Made by a program: the position numbers and the translations under genes. From the NCBI GenBank assembly GCA_965203905.1, contig CBDBDQ010000005.1, forward strand, positions 6,784,001 through 6,848,000: DNA of 64,000 bases, in the 5' to 3' direction. The notes beneath the pieces were generated by a model that was not told the DNA's origin, did not search any database, and saw nothing but the letters and a program-made list of their open reading frames with translations. The DNA is from Spirochaetia bacterium. GTDB taxonomy: Bacteria; Spirochaetota; Spirochaetia; SZUA-6; Bin103. Positions 37,480 through 46,625 of the stretch are shown piece after piece (the stretch's first letter is position 1; the number at the start of each line of letters is the position of its first letter).

Positions 37480-38016
37480 TTATCCAGGGCCGATGGAGTC
37501 AAGGAACGCGCTCACCGCCTCGCGGATCGCTTGGGGCGAGAGTGCCGGGTACTTGGCATAGGCGGAGTCAGGAATGGCACCGACGAGCGCCCGGAAGCGG
37601 GCTGCATCCACCAGACCGGTATCAATGAAGTGGCGGGCGTCCTCCAGGTCACGCCGGAATCCGCGGACGACTTTCGAGAGCACTTGCGAGTACGGATCGT
37701 AGTGAAAGAAGCTGACACCGCCGAACCTTGCGATGAAGAGGTGACGGTCGCCGGCACCGGCCAGCGCGGGGACGAAGTGCTCTGGCCGCGCAAACTCCAC
37801 GTTGATCCGCTGCGTCTCCTTGATGCGCTGAATGTCGATGAACACCGCCTCGTCATCGGCGTACAAGTCCACGTCGATCGTCGATTCCCGCCATCCTCGC
37901 TCCACGGCCGTCCCGCCGCCCACCACGAAGACCCGGAAGTACCTACGGGACGGTGCCGCCTCGGCGAGGCGCTGCATGAAACCGAGGAGGCGCTGGCGTG
38001 TGACGCTCTCTCGCAT
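37480..38016 (-). CDS. DUF6036-like nucleotidyltransferase (AbiEii-like fold)
   Basis: VFVVGGGTAVERGWRESTIDVDL, INVEFARP, LSKVVRGFRRDLED. Confidence 0.78.
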   Translation of the reverse strand: MRESVTRQRLLGFMQRLAEAAPSRRYFRVFVVGGGTAVERGWRESTIDVDLYADDEAVFIDIQRIKETQRINVEFARPEHFVPALAGAGDRHLFIARFGGVSFFHYDPYSQVLSKVVRGFRRDLEDARHFIDTGLVDAARFRALVGAIPDSAYAKYPALSPQAIREAVSAFLDSIGPG

Positions 38017-38020
38017 CCCG

Positions 38021-38479
38021 CTACGTGCGCGCCTCGCGGCGAGTTGCGGTCGTTCTGGCGACCGAGCACGCGTCCGCAAACGAAACGATCAGGCGCAGGT
38101 GGGCGTTGTAGCGCGCATGTCCCAGGTCGCCTGCGACGGACGAAAGCAGCCGATAGAGCCGCCGCTCCGGGTCGGGCTGGGCGTTGGTAACCGGCACTCC
38201 CTCACGGCGCAGCCGCGGCGCCGCCAGCGAGACCAGCAGGCTCGCGGCGCTGGTGCGGCCGGACGCCAGGTCGGCCAGTCCCTCGTCGACCACGTCGCCA
38301 CCGGGCAGCGCAAGATCCGCGAACCGGCTCGCTCCGAACCGTCTGCGCATCCAGCGCGCCGTGGCCGCGCGGCGCGCTATCTCCGTGCGGCGGCCGGGAG
38401 CAAGGCTTCGGGCACGCGCACGGCCACCCGTGCGCCCGAATGTCCGGTAACGCTCGCGAACATCCTCCGGCAGTTCCAC
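38021..38479 (-). CDS. Hypothetical partner (putative antitoxin) of the DUF6036 nucleotidyltransferase
   Basis: GTG start 6 nt after TATACT; N-term GRTGGRARARSLAPGRRTEIARRAATARW, then LPGGDVVDEGLADL...LLVSLAAPRL...LYRLL...ARYNA. Confidence 0.7.
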   Translation of the reverse strand: MELPEDVRERYRTFGRTGGRARARSLAPGRRTEIARRAATARWMRRRFGASRFADLALPGGDVVDEGLADLASGRTSAASLLVSLAAPRLRREGVPVTNAQPDPERRLYRLLSSVAGDLGHARYNAHLRLIVSFADACSVARTTATRREART

Positions 38480-38485
38480 GCCGAC

Positions 38486-38531
38486 AGTATAACATCGGAC
38501 TCGGCCCATGCTTACCGGGCAAGCATGGGCC
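38486..38531 (-). promoter_or_regulatory. Extended -10 leaderless promoter plus 11-bp palindromic operator
   Basis: TGTTATACT (38494-38486) on minus strand; GGCCCATGCTT-7nt-AAGCATGGGCC (38503-38531). Confidence 0.65.
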
Positions 38532-38804
38532 ATCGGTATCGGCCAGCGTGAGGACACAGCGCAACCGCGCCGACTTGGCGGCGGACGTGGGGCGCCTGGA
38601 TGAGGAAGCTGCCCTGAGCCGTGCTCCTGTGCCATAATCGGTGTGTGCGGATCTTCATCTTTGACTGCGCGCCCAACCGCTCGCGGAGCCACAGGTTCTG
38701 CCGCCGCCAGGAAACGGCCGGTATACCGCCGCACAGCGAGTGGGGTATGTGATGATCGAATACGCACGTTGTATGGTTAGACGAGGTTGTAGAAGGATGG
38801 GCAA

Positions 38805-40061
38805 GTGATCGACCGTATCACCATCGGCAACTTCAAGAGCCTGCGTCGGGTCGATCTGTCTCTGGGCAGGCTGAATGTGTTGGTCGGCACGAACGCCAGC
38901 GGGAAGTCGAACTTTCTTGAAGCCTTGCAAGTCTTGCAGGGGATCGGGAGCGGGTTCACGATCAGCGAGATACTTGACGGCCGGCCGGCGAGCGCTACGA
39001 CCGAAGTCTGGTATGGAATTCGTGGTGGAAGTTCACGAACTTGTTATGCCGGCTCCGCTGGAGACAGCGCGGTGGTGCTGTCTGTGCAAGGCCGTCTAGT
39101 CGAAGATCCCCACCGTCAATGGGAGTTTTCGATCACCTTTCTGCCAGCAGCGGGGCAAGTCATGCGTGAATCTCTCAGAGTGGGGGATCTCATCTACGAC
39201 ACTGAGGAAGTGAGCGGCTCCGCTTCCGCCGGGACGTTACGTGTGCGCCACCACTATGTCGGCAGGGAGCAACCGCACGTTGCCGAGTCCACTAACTCCA
39301 AACCCGTACTCGGGGGGTTTGCCGGTTTGAAGTTTTTCGGATTTTCCGAGGACAGCGTGGGCTTCGACCAAGGTCCATTCTACACAGAGGGAGCCGACCT
39401 TGCGCGCCGAGTGGCAGCCCAATTGGCGAATATCCAACGGTTGGATCCTTCCATTCCATTGCTTCAGCAGTACTCAACCATGAAAGACGCCAAGCGCATG
39501 GGAGATCACGGCGAGAATTTTGCGGCTGTCGTAAACACGATCTGTCAGAATGAACAGACCAAGGACGCATTCCTGTCATGGCTTCGTGAACTCCGTCCCG
39601 AAGAGGTTGACGACGTCGGTACACTGCCCGGCGCTGTGGGCGATTCACTGTTTATGCTACGCGAGAGCCATCGGGAATATCCCGCAACGGTACTGAGCGC
39701 GGGAACGCTGCGGTTTGCCGCGGTGACTGCGGCATTCTTCCAACCAGACATGCCGAACATCATGACTATCGAAGAAGTCGAGAATGGAATCCATGCCAGT
39801 CGCCTTCGCTTGCTCTTGGAGTTGCTCCGAAGTCAGACGAAAGCCGGCGCGACGCAGGTATTCGTTACCACACATTCACCCAGTGCACTAGCATGGCTTG
39901 ATGAGTCCGAATACGACAAGACGTTTCTCTGCAAACGGAATGAGTCAACGGGTGAGTCGACGATACGGCCGCTCACTGATGTTCCCCGTTTTCTGGAGGT
40001 AGCAAAACACCACCCCGTCGCGGATCTGTTCGCAGAAGGCTGGCTTGAAGCGGCCCTGTGA
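38805..40061 (+). CDS. AAA_21/AAA_15-type ABC-fold ATPase (defence-associated)
   Basis: IGNFKSL, GTNASGKSN, LSAGTLRF, IEEVENGIH, FVTTHSP; lower GC. Confidence 0.88.
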   Translation: MIDRITIGNFKSLRRVDLSLGRLNVLVGTNASGKSNFLEALQVLQGIGSGFTISEILDGRPASATTEVWYGIRGGSSRTCYAGSAGDSAVVLSVQGRLVEDPHRQWEFSITFLPAAGQVMRESLRVGDLIYDTEEVSGSASAGTLRVRHHYVGREQPHVAESTNSKPVLGGFAGLKFFGFSEDSVGFDQGPFYTEGADLARRVAAQLANIQRLDPSIPLLQQYSTMKDAKRMGDHGENFAAVVNTICQNEQTKDAFLSWLRELRPEEVDDVGTLPGAVGDSLFMLRESHREYPATVLSAGTLRFAAVTAAFFQPDMPNIMTIEEVENGIHASRLRLLLELLRSQTKAGATQVFVTTHSPSALAWLDESEYDKTFLCKRNESTGESTIRPLTDVPRFLEVAKHHPVADLFAEGWLEAAL

Positions 40062-40420
40062 GTCTCCCTGTGCTGGTAATCCCGGAAGATCCGACCCTTA
40101 ACGGTCATATCCTGAAACCCCTGGTTCAGGCACTCCTGGCTGACGCCGGACGGCCATCTGCACGAGTGAAGATACTAGAGAACCCAAGGGTTCGTGATAT
40201 GAGCGAGACGTGGAACGAAGCGCGAAGGAATCCCCGAATGAAAGAGGAGGTATTCCTACCGCTGCTCGATATGCACGGCGATCCAAGGCGGGTCGGAGGA
40301 GGGCGGGACCTGATGATTCGAAAGTCGCTGGAGAATCTTCAGATGCTGTATCGGCTGTGCCCGGAGTTGAGGGTCCTGCGCGACCGCATAGTTGTGCTAC
40401 TGAGTGACCAGTGGGCATGA
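40058..40420 (+). pseudogene. ATPase-coupled TOPRIM-like partner (DUF4276/RloB-like), apparently internally deleted
   Basis: GTGA coupling; VLVIPEDPT start and GGGR...CPEL end, but only 120 aa with no central DxD or EVEAW segment. Confidence 0.55.
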
Positions 40421-40546
40421 CAACGTCCAGCTTCGCCTGTGGCGGCCGAAAGCTGAGCACCAGTTCTCTGTCGAGAAGGTCGGCCGGTTGCCTCGCGAGG
40501 AGTGTACCCTTGGTGCCACCATCAATTGAATCGAGGAAAAGAATCG

Positions 40547-41281
40547 ATGTCACTTACCAAGCACGAAATACAGTTCTACGAAGATAACGGCTATCTGCTC
40601 AGGAAGGGGCTGGTGGCGCGCTCCTGGATCGCCGACGTGGAGCGCGAGGTCGACCGGATCCACGAGCGCATGGCGGAGCAGCCCGCGGACGGCGTCGGCG
40701 TCTCCTGGGAGGAGTTCGACGACCCGGACCATCCGCCGCGGATCAAGCAGCTCATGCACAGCGAGGTGATCAGCCCGACTCTGAACCGGATCCTGCGGTG
40801 CGACGCCGTGCTCGACATCGTGGAGGGTCTGTTAGGGCCCGACATCTCGCTGTTCCACAGCAAGCTGCTGCCGAAGGCGGGCGGCGACGGCACCGCGATA
40901 CCGTGGCACCAGGACTATGCGTACTGGAAGCGAGACGACAACCGTCCGGCGATGATCAACTGCCAGTTGGCGATTCGCCGCGCCCACCTGGAGAACGGCT
41001 GCATCTGCTTCGTCCCGGGCAGCCACCGCTGGGGACTGCAGGAACACGAGCGCAGCCGGCAGACCTTCGGCGTGTACCTGCCGGGCCACTATCGTGAACG
41101 CGACGACGCCGTGGCCGTCGAGATGGATCCAGGCGACGGGGTGTTTTTCAACGCCCTGATCGTGCACGGGTCGGCCCCGAACCGCTCCCCCGAGGACCGT
41201 CTCATGAACACGTTCGCGTACAACGTCACCGGCAACGGCGTCACGCAATGCCGGGAAGAGCTGCGCAGCGGCACACGGTGA
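40547..41281 (+). CDS. Phytanoyl-CoA dioxygenase (PhyH) family protein
   Basis: FYEDNGYL, PWHQD, ENGCICFVPGSH, VHGSAPN...R. Confidence 0.92.
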   Translation: MSLTKHEIQFYEDNGYLLRKGLVARSWIADVEREVDRIHERMAEQPADGVGVSWEEFDDPDHPPRIKQLMHSEVISPTLNRILRCDAVLDIVEGLLGPDISLFHSKLLPKAGGDGTAIPWHQDYAYWKRDDNRPAMINCQLAIRRAHLENGCICFVPGSHRWGLQEHERSRQTFGVYLPGHYRERDDAVAVEMDPGDGVFFNALIVHGSAPNRSPEDRLMNTFAYNVTGNGVTQCREELRSGTR

Positions 41282-42531
41282 CAGTGAACGGCCGCTACCT
41301 CCCCTCCATGGCGGTCCCGGACGCGGCACTGCGGATCACCCGGATCGAGACCTGCCTGCCCAAGGACCTGTTCGCCGGGTTGGTGCTGTGCCGCATCCAT
41401 ACCGACCAGGGGCTGGTCGGGTGCGGCGAGAGTTACTACATCCCCGAGGCCGTGGCGGCGGTGATCCACGACTGGTTCCGCCACCGCCTGCTGGGGGCCG
41501 ATGCGCTGGCCATCGAGAGCCACTGGCGCTTCCTGTACGAGCGGGCAGCCAACTTCGGGGTGCGCGGCGCAGAGCTGCGCGCGCTGTCGGCGGTCGACCT
41601 GGCACTGTGGGACATCCTCGGCCAGGCGACCGGACAGCCGGTGTACCGCCTGCTGGGTGGGCCGGTGCGCGAGCGGGTGCAGGTCTACAACAGTTGCGGC
41701 AGCCCCGGTTACGGCGCCGGCGGTGGCAGCCACACGTGGCCCGGCATGGGGGCGGTCGGCGAGCCCGGCCCCTGGGGCGACAGCTGGCGCGTGTTCCACG
41801 AGCCGGGGGAGCTGGCCGCCGAGCTGGCCGGTCTGGGGTACCCGGCGCTGAAGGTGTGGCCGTTCGATCGCGCCGCGATGGAGGGCGGACCGGGGCTGAT
41901 CTCCAACGCGGATATCGAGGCGGCGTTGCGGCCGCTGCGGGCGATGCGGGACGCGGTAGGCTTTGACCTGGAGCTGCTGGTGGACGGGCACGCTCACTTC
42001 CAGTTTCCCGCCGCAATGCGCATCGCCGAGGCACTGCGGGAGATCCGGCCGCTGTGGCTGGAGGACATCCTGAAGCTGGACAACATCGCCATGCTGGCCG
42101 ACTTCCGGCGCCAGAGCCGGATGCCGATCAGCGCCAGCGAGATGCTCCTGAGCCGGCCCGACTACGCCGAGGTGCTGGAGCGGCGCGCGGCCGACTACCT
42201 CATGGTCGATCCCACCTGGGTGGGCGGCATCTCCGAGGGCAAACGCATCGCGGACCTGGCGCAGGCCTACAACATCCCGGTGAGCATGCACGACTGCACC
42301 GGGCCGCTTACCCTCTTCGCCGGCCTGCACCTCAACGCAGCGCTGCCCAATTGCATCCTGCAGGAGACGGTGCGGGCGCACATCCATACCGTGTATAGCG
42401 AGTTGATCGACGAGGTGCCGCGTATCGTCGACGGCTGCCTCGAACTCCCTCAGCGGCCCGGGCTCGGCGTGGCGCTGAACGAGTCGCTGTTCGATCCCCG
42501 GCGCGACGGGTACCGCAGCAGCGCGCTCTGA
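41278..42531 (+). CDS. Mandelate racemase/muconate lactonizing enzyme family (sugar-acid dehydratase-like)
   Basis: ALSAVDLALWDILG...PVYRLLGG, LKVWPFD, VDGH, WLED, ASE, HDCTGP, PGLGV. Confidence 0.9.
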   Translation: MTVNGRYLPSMAVPDAALRITRIETCLPKDLFAGLVLCRIHTDQGLVGCGESYYIPEAVAAVIHDWFRHRLLGADALAIESHWRFLYERAANFGVRGAELRALSAVDLALWDILGQATGQPVYRLLGGPVRERVQVYNSCGSPGYGAGGGSHTWPGMGAVGEPGPWGDSWRVFHEPGELAAELAGLGYPALKVWPFDRAAMEGGPGLISNADIEAALRPLRAMRDAVGFDLELLVDGHAHFQFPAAMRIAEALREIRPLWLEDILKLDNIAMLADFRRQSRMPISASEMLLSRPDYAEVLERRAADYLMVDPTWVGGISEGKRIADLAQAYNIPVSMHDCTGPLTLFAGLHLNAALPNCILQETVRAHIHTVYSELIDEVPRIVDGCLELPQRPGLGVALNESLFDPRRDGYRSSAL

Positions 42532-42545
42532 AGCAGGATCGGATC

Positions 42546-44027
42546 ATGCGAGTCGGCGTCATCGCGTTGCAGCACGAGACCAATACCTTCATCGAGGAGC
42601 CCACCGGCCTCGACGCGTTCCGCGGCGGCCTGCTGGCCACGGGGGAAGGGTTCCGCGCCGCGGTCGAGGACTCAAACCATGAGCTGGCAGGCTTCTTCGC
42701 CGCCCTGGACCAGGCCGGCGCGGAGGCGGTACCGCTGTTTGGTGCGCGGGCGCTGCCCTACGGCCTAGTCTCCGGCGCCGCCTTCGCGGAACTGAAGCGC
42801 CGCCTGCTGGCCGAGGTCAGAGCGCAACTGCCGCTGGACGGGCTGCTGGTCGCGCCGCACGGGGCCGGCGTCGGCGAGACGGCAGCGGACCTGGATGGCG
42901 ACTGGCTGCAGGCGGTCCGAGCGCTCGTGGGGCCAGAGGTGCCGATCGTCGCGACCGGCGACCCGCACGCCAACCTGTCTCCACGTATGACCGACTCGGT
43001 CGACGCGATCATCGCCTACCGCACCAACCCGCACGTCGACCAGCTCGAGCGCGGGCTGGAAGCGGCGCATCTGCTCGTCGAGCGGTTGCACGGCACGATC
43101 AGGCCGTACTTGGCCGCGGTGTTCCCGCCGCTGGGGATCAGCATCGACAAGCAGTGCACCGACGAGGCGCCGCTGGCGCCGCTGATGGAGCGCATCGAAA
43201 CGGTCCGGCAACGCCCTGAGATCCTCACCGCCAGCCTCTGGCTCGGGTTCCCCTACGCCGACGTGCCAGAGATGGGCGCCGCGGTGACGGTCGTCGCCGA
43301 CGGCGACGCGGCGGCCGCGCAACGAGAGGCCCGTGGGATCGCGCGGGCGCTGTGGGAGATGCGGACGGAGCTGCAGGTGGATCTGCCCAAGGTCCCGGAC
43401 GCGGTCGAGCGCGCGCAGGGGCTGCCACCGCCCGTCTGCCTGCTCGACGTCGGCGACAACGTCGGCGGCGGCTCCGCCGGGGACGGCACCGCGCTTGCCG
43501 CCGAGCTGCAGCGGCGCGGCGACCGGAAGGCGTTCGTGTGCATCTACGATCCCGAGTCGGTCGCCGCGGCCGAGGCCGCGGGCGTAGGGACCACCCGGAG
43601 CTTCCACATAGGCGGCAAGACCGACCGCCTGCACGGCGACACGCTGGTGCTGGAGTGCCGCATCCTCGACCTGTTCGACGGCCGCTTCTACGAGCCGGAG
43701 GTGCGCCACGGCGGCGTGCAGCACTACGACCAGGGCCGCACCGCGCTGGTCGAGAGCGACCGCGGGGTCACCTTCATGCTCACCTCGAAGCGCGTGGTGC
43801 CGGTCAGCATCCATCAACTCACCGACTTCGGCATCGATCCGGCCAGCTTCGGTTGCATCGTGGCCAAGGGAGTCAACGCTCCCCTCGCCGCCTACCGCGA
43901 GGTCTGTCCCTCGTTCATCCGCGTGGACACTCCAGGCAGCACCGCCGCCGCCATGACCGGCTTCCACTTCCGCCACCGGCGACGCCCCATGTATCCCTTC
44001 GAGCCGGACCTGCAATGGTCCCCGTAG
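42546..44027 (+). CDS. M81 metallopeptidase (MlrC-like)
   Basis: HETNTF, PHGAG, DPHAN, YRTNPHVD, FPYADVPEMG, DNVGGG, RRRPMYPF. Confidence 0.9.
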   Translation: MRVGVIALQHETNTFIEEPTGLDAFRGGLLATGEGFRAAVEDSNHELAGFFAALDQAGAEAVPLFGARALPYGLVSGAAFAELKRRLLAEVRAQLPLDGLLVAPHGAGVGETAADLDGDWLQAVRALVGPEVPIVATGDPHANLSPRMTDSVDAIIAYRTNPHVDQLERGLEAAHLLVERLHGTIRPYLAAVFPPLGISIDKQCTDEAPLAPLMERIETVRQRPEILTASLWLGFPYADVPEMGAAVTVVADGDAAAAQREARGIARALWEMRTELQVDLPKVPDAVERAQGLPPPVCLLDVGDNVGGGSAGDGTALAAELQRRGDRKAFVCIYDPESVAAAEAAGVGTTRSFHIGGKTDRLHGDTLVLECRILDLFDGRFYEPEVRHGGVQHYDQGRTALVESDRGVTFMLTSKRVVPVSIHQLTDFGIDPASFGCIVAKGVNAPLAAYREVCPSFIRVDTPGSTAAAMTGFHFRHRRRPMYPFEPDLQWSP

Positions 44028-44042
44028 CCGCGGCGCCACTCG

Positions 44043-44100
44043 TTGACTACGAAACGAACGATTCGTAAGCTCTTCGGCTGAGAAAGGAACGGTTCTCAGC
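44043..44100 (+). promoter_or_regulatory. Sigma70-type promoter with two tandem palindromic operators upstream of fic
   Basis: TTGACT-N17-TAAGCT; TACGAA-ACGAACGA-TTCGTA (44048-67) and GCTGAGAA-AGGAACGG-TTCTCAGC (44077-100). Confidence 0.7.
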
Positions 44101-44101
44101 C

Positions 44102-45259
44102 ATGACTCGCACGACCGGTCGCTATCACGTTACCAGCACCCTCCGAGAGGAGGTTCGCGCGTTCGTGCCGTACCCGCTGCCGCCAGCCGATCCGCCCCTG
44201 GTGATGGACGGCGCCGTAGTGGAACTGCACGCCGCGACGCAGGCTGCCGTCGCCCGGCTCGCCGTGGCGGGTACGATGGTGCCGAGCACCGACTGGTTTC
44301 TCTACGGATTCGTACGCAAGGAAGCGGTCATCACGTCGCAGATCGAGGGGACGCAGGCTACGCTCCGCGACGTGCTCACCTTCGAAGCCACCACACAGGC
44401 GGAACGGCCCGACGACGTCCAGGAGGTGTGCAACTACGTAGCGGCCGTTGCCTACGTGCGCACGCAACTCGCCGACCCGAAGGGTCTCCCGCTGAGCACC
44501 CGCCTGCTGCGCGAGGCGCACCGTCTGCTCATGCGCGGTGCCCGCGGCCGGAACAAGCTCCCTGGAGAGCTGCGCCGCTCGCAGAACTGGGTGGGGGGCA
44601 GCCGGCCCGGCAATGCCAGCTTCGTCCCCCCGCCGCCGGAGGAAGTTCCCGCTACGCTCTCAGCGCTGGAGCGGTGGTGGCACGCCGACAGCCACCTTCC
44701 GCCACTGGTGCGGGCGGGACTCGCCCACGTGCAGTTCGAAACGATCCATCCGTTTCTCGACGGCAACGGCCGCATCGGCCGACTGCTGATCGCCCTCCTG
44801 GTGGAGCACTGGGGCCTGCTCGGTCAGCCGCTGCTCTACCTCAGCGTGGCGTTCAAGCGCCGACAGCAGGAGTACTACGCCCGGCTGGCGGCCGTGCGCA
44901 CGCACGGCGATTGGGAGGGTTGGATCGGGTTCTTCCTGGAGTGCGTGCTGGAGGCCGCCGACGACGGAGTCAACGTTGCCCAGGCGCTCCACGCCCTCAC
45001 GGGCCGCCACCGCCGTCGCATCATGGCCCACGCTCGTGCCAGCGTCGCCGCCATGCACTTGCTCGACCACCTGCCGTCCAACCCGGTCGTCACCGTGGCG
45101 AACGCCTGCACGTTGCTTGGCTTGACGGCGCCGCCGACGCGCAAGGCGATATCGCTGCTGGAACAGGTCGGCGTGCTGCGCGAAATCACCGGCAGGCGGC
45201 GCGACCGCGTGTACGCCTACCACGACTACCTGCAGGTCCTGATGCGCGACGAGACGTAG
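44102..45259 (+). CDS. Fic family protein (class II, N-terminal inhibitory motif, C-terminal wHTH)
   Basis: TSQIEG inhibitory motif; HPFLDGNGRIGR catalytic motif; REITGRRRDRVYAY. Confidence 0.93.
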   Translation: MTRTTGRYHVTSTLREEVRAFVPYPLPPADPPLVMDGAVVELHAATQAAVARLAVAGTMVPSTDWFLYGFVRKEAVITSQIEGTQATLRDVLTFEATTQAERPDDVQEVCNYVAAVAYVRTQLADPKGLPLSTRLLREAHRLLMRGARGRNKLPGELRRSQNWVGGSRPGNASFVPPPPEEVPATLSALERWWHADSHLPPLVRAGLAHVQFETIHPFLDGNGRIGRLLIALLVEHWGLLGQPLLYLSVAFKRRQQEYYARLAAVRTHGDWEGWIGFFLECVLEAADDGVNVAQALHALTGRHRRRIMAHARASVAAMHLLDHLPSNPVVTVANACTLLGLTAPPTRKAISLLEQVGVLREITGRRRDRVYAYHDYLQVLMRDET

Positions 45260-45276
45260 AGCCAGGTGGTGGATGG

Positions 45277-46470
45277 CTACTTGGCTGTGCTCAGCGATTC
45301 ATCTGTCCCGACCGTCGTCAGGATGTCGGCGAAAGGGCTCTCGGGGATCAGCGCACGGAGGAATGGCTCGCACGGGAGGCACAGCACCCCGCGTTCGCGG
45401 ATGCGGCGCGGGCCGCGGTAGAGCAGCACGGGCGTCGCGATCGGATAGTCTTGCGTGAATGCCCGGAGTCCGTTGAAGTCTCTCGGGTGGAGTGTGGCGC
45501 TGCTCTTGACCTCGATGGCGAACAGGCCACTCTCTCCGTAGAGGACGAAATCGACCTCGTTGCCGGCACCGGTCCGCCAGAAGCTCAAGGTGTCGTCGCG
45601 GCTTGAATAGGCGATCCAGGCGCGCAGATGCTGGGCTACCAGACCCTCCAGAGCCGCTCCCGCGAGTTCCTCGGTGCGATCGAGCGGTCCCTTCGGCCGC
45701 AACGAACGGAACAGCCCGGGGTCGATCAGGTAGAGCTTGGGATGCGTGGTCATGCGCCGTCGTGCCCGGCGGGTAAACACCGGCAGGGTGAACGCCAGCA
45801 GCAGGTCGCGCAACACCTCCAGGTACCCGTCCGCCACTTTGCGTCCCACCTGGCATTCGCGCGCCAGGTTGGACACGTTGAGGACCGTGGCATGACTGAA
45901 GCTCACCGCTTCGAGAAAGCGAGAGAACGCGCCAATGTTCCTTACCAGCCCCTCCGCCTGCACCTCTTCGCGCACGTAGAGGGCGGCATATGAGCGCAGG
46001 GCGGCAGCCGGGTCGGCCGCGTCGACGACCAGCGGGATCAGTCCCTGCGCGAGGGCGCGATCCAGGCTGAAGCCGGCGCGCAACTCGGCCGCCATGAACG
46101 GGTGCATGGTGGTGAGGACCGCACGCCCGGCCAGCAGGTCCACCCCGGTGCGGCGCAGCTTGCGGGCACTGGAGCCGGTGAGCACGAAGCGAAGGCCCTT
46201 GTCGAGCTCGATGAGCTGGTGCACGACCTGCAGCAACTCCGGCACCCGCTGAACCTCGTCGACGACCACCGGCCGCTTGCCGGGACTCGCCGCGATGGTC
46301 CGTCGCAGGCGCTCCGGGGCCGCCCCGTAGAAACGCGTGCTCTCCGGATCGATGAGATCGATGATCAGCGCATCCGGGTAATGGTCGCGCAGCCACGTCG
46401 ACTTGCCGGTACCGCGCGGGCCGAATAGAAAGAAGCTCGCCGCGGGAGGCCGGTAGAATCGCGCGTACAC
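45277..46470 (-). CDS. AAA_14 ATPase with DUF4143 domain
   Basis: GPRGTGKST, VDEVQRVP, LTGSSARKL, KLYLIDPG, EVDFV, AIEVK. Confidence 0.9.
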   Translation of the reverse strand: MYARFYRPPAASFFLFGPRGTGKSTWLRDHYPDALIIDLIDPESTRFYGAAPERLRRTIAASPGKRPVVVDEVQRVPELLQVVHQLIELDKGLRFVLTGSSARKLRRTGVDLLAGRAVLTTMHPFMAAELRAGFSLDRALAQGLIPLVVDAADPAAALRSYAALYVREEVQAEGLVRNIGAFSRFLEAVSFSHATVLNVSNLARECQVGRKVADGYLEVLRDLLLAFTLPVFTRRARRRMTTHPKLYLIDPGLFRSLRPKGPLDRTEELAGAALEGLVAQHLRAWIAYSSRDDTLSFWRTGAGNEVDFVLYGESGLFAIEVKSSATLHPRDFNGLRAFTQDYPIATPVLLYRGPRRIRERGVLCLPCEPFLRALIPESPFADILTTVGTDESLSTAK

Positions 46471-46625
46471 GCCGCGACGCTACCTCGCCCGCGCCGTTTT
46501 GTCCAGTACAATCCCTTTTTAGGTCGAAAAACGGAATAAACCCATCCACATTGCTCTCCCATGAACTCGGCCTGGAAGAACGCTGGTTGCAAGAGAGCGC
46601 TCTTGCGCAATAGCCTGGACGGGTC

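Noticed and set aside
44048-44100. LexA/SOS box upstream of fic
   Set aside because: GAAC and (G)TTC are not separated by 4 nt as in the GAAC-N4-GTTC box; treated as a gene-specific operator instead
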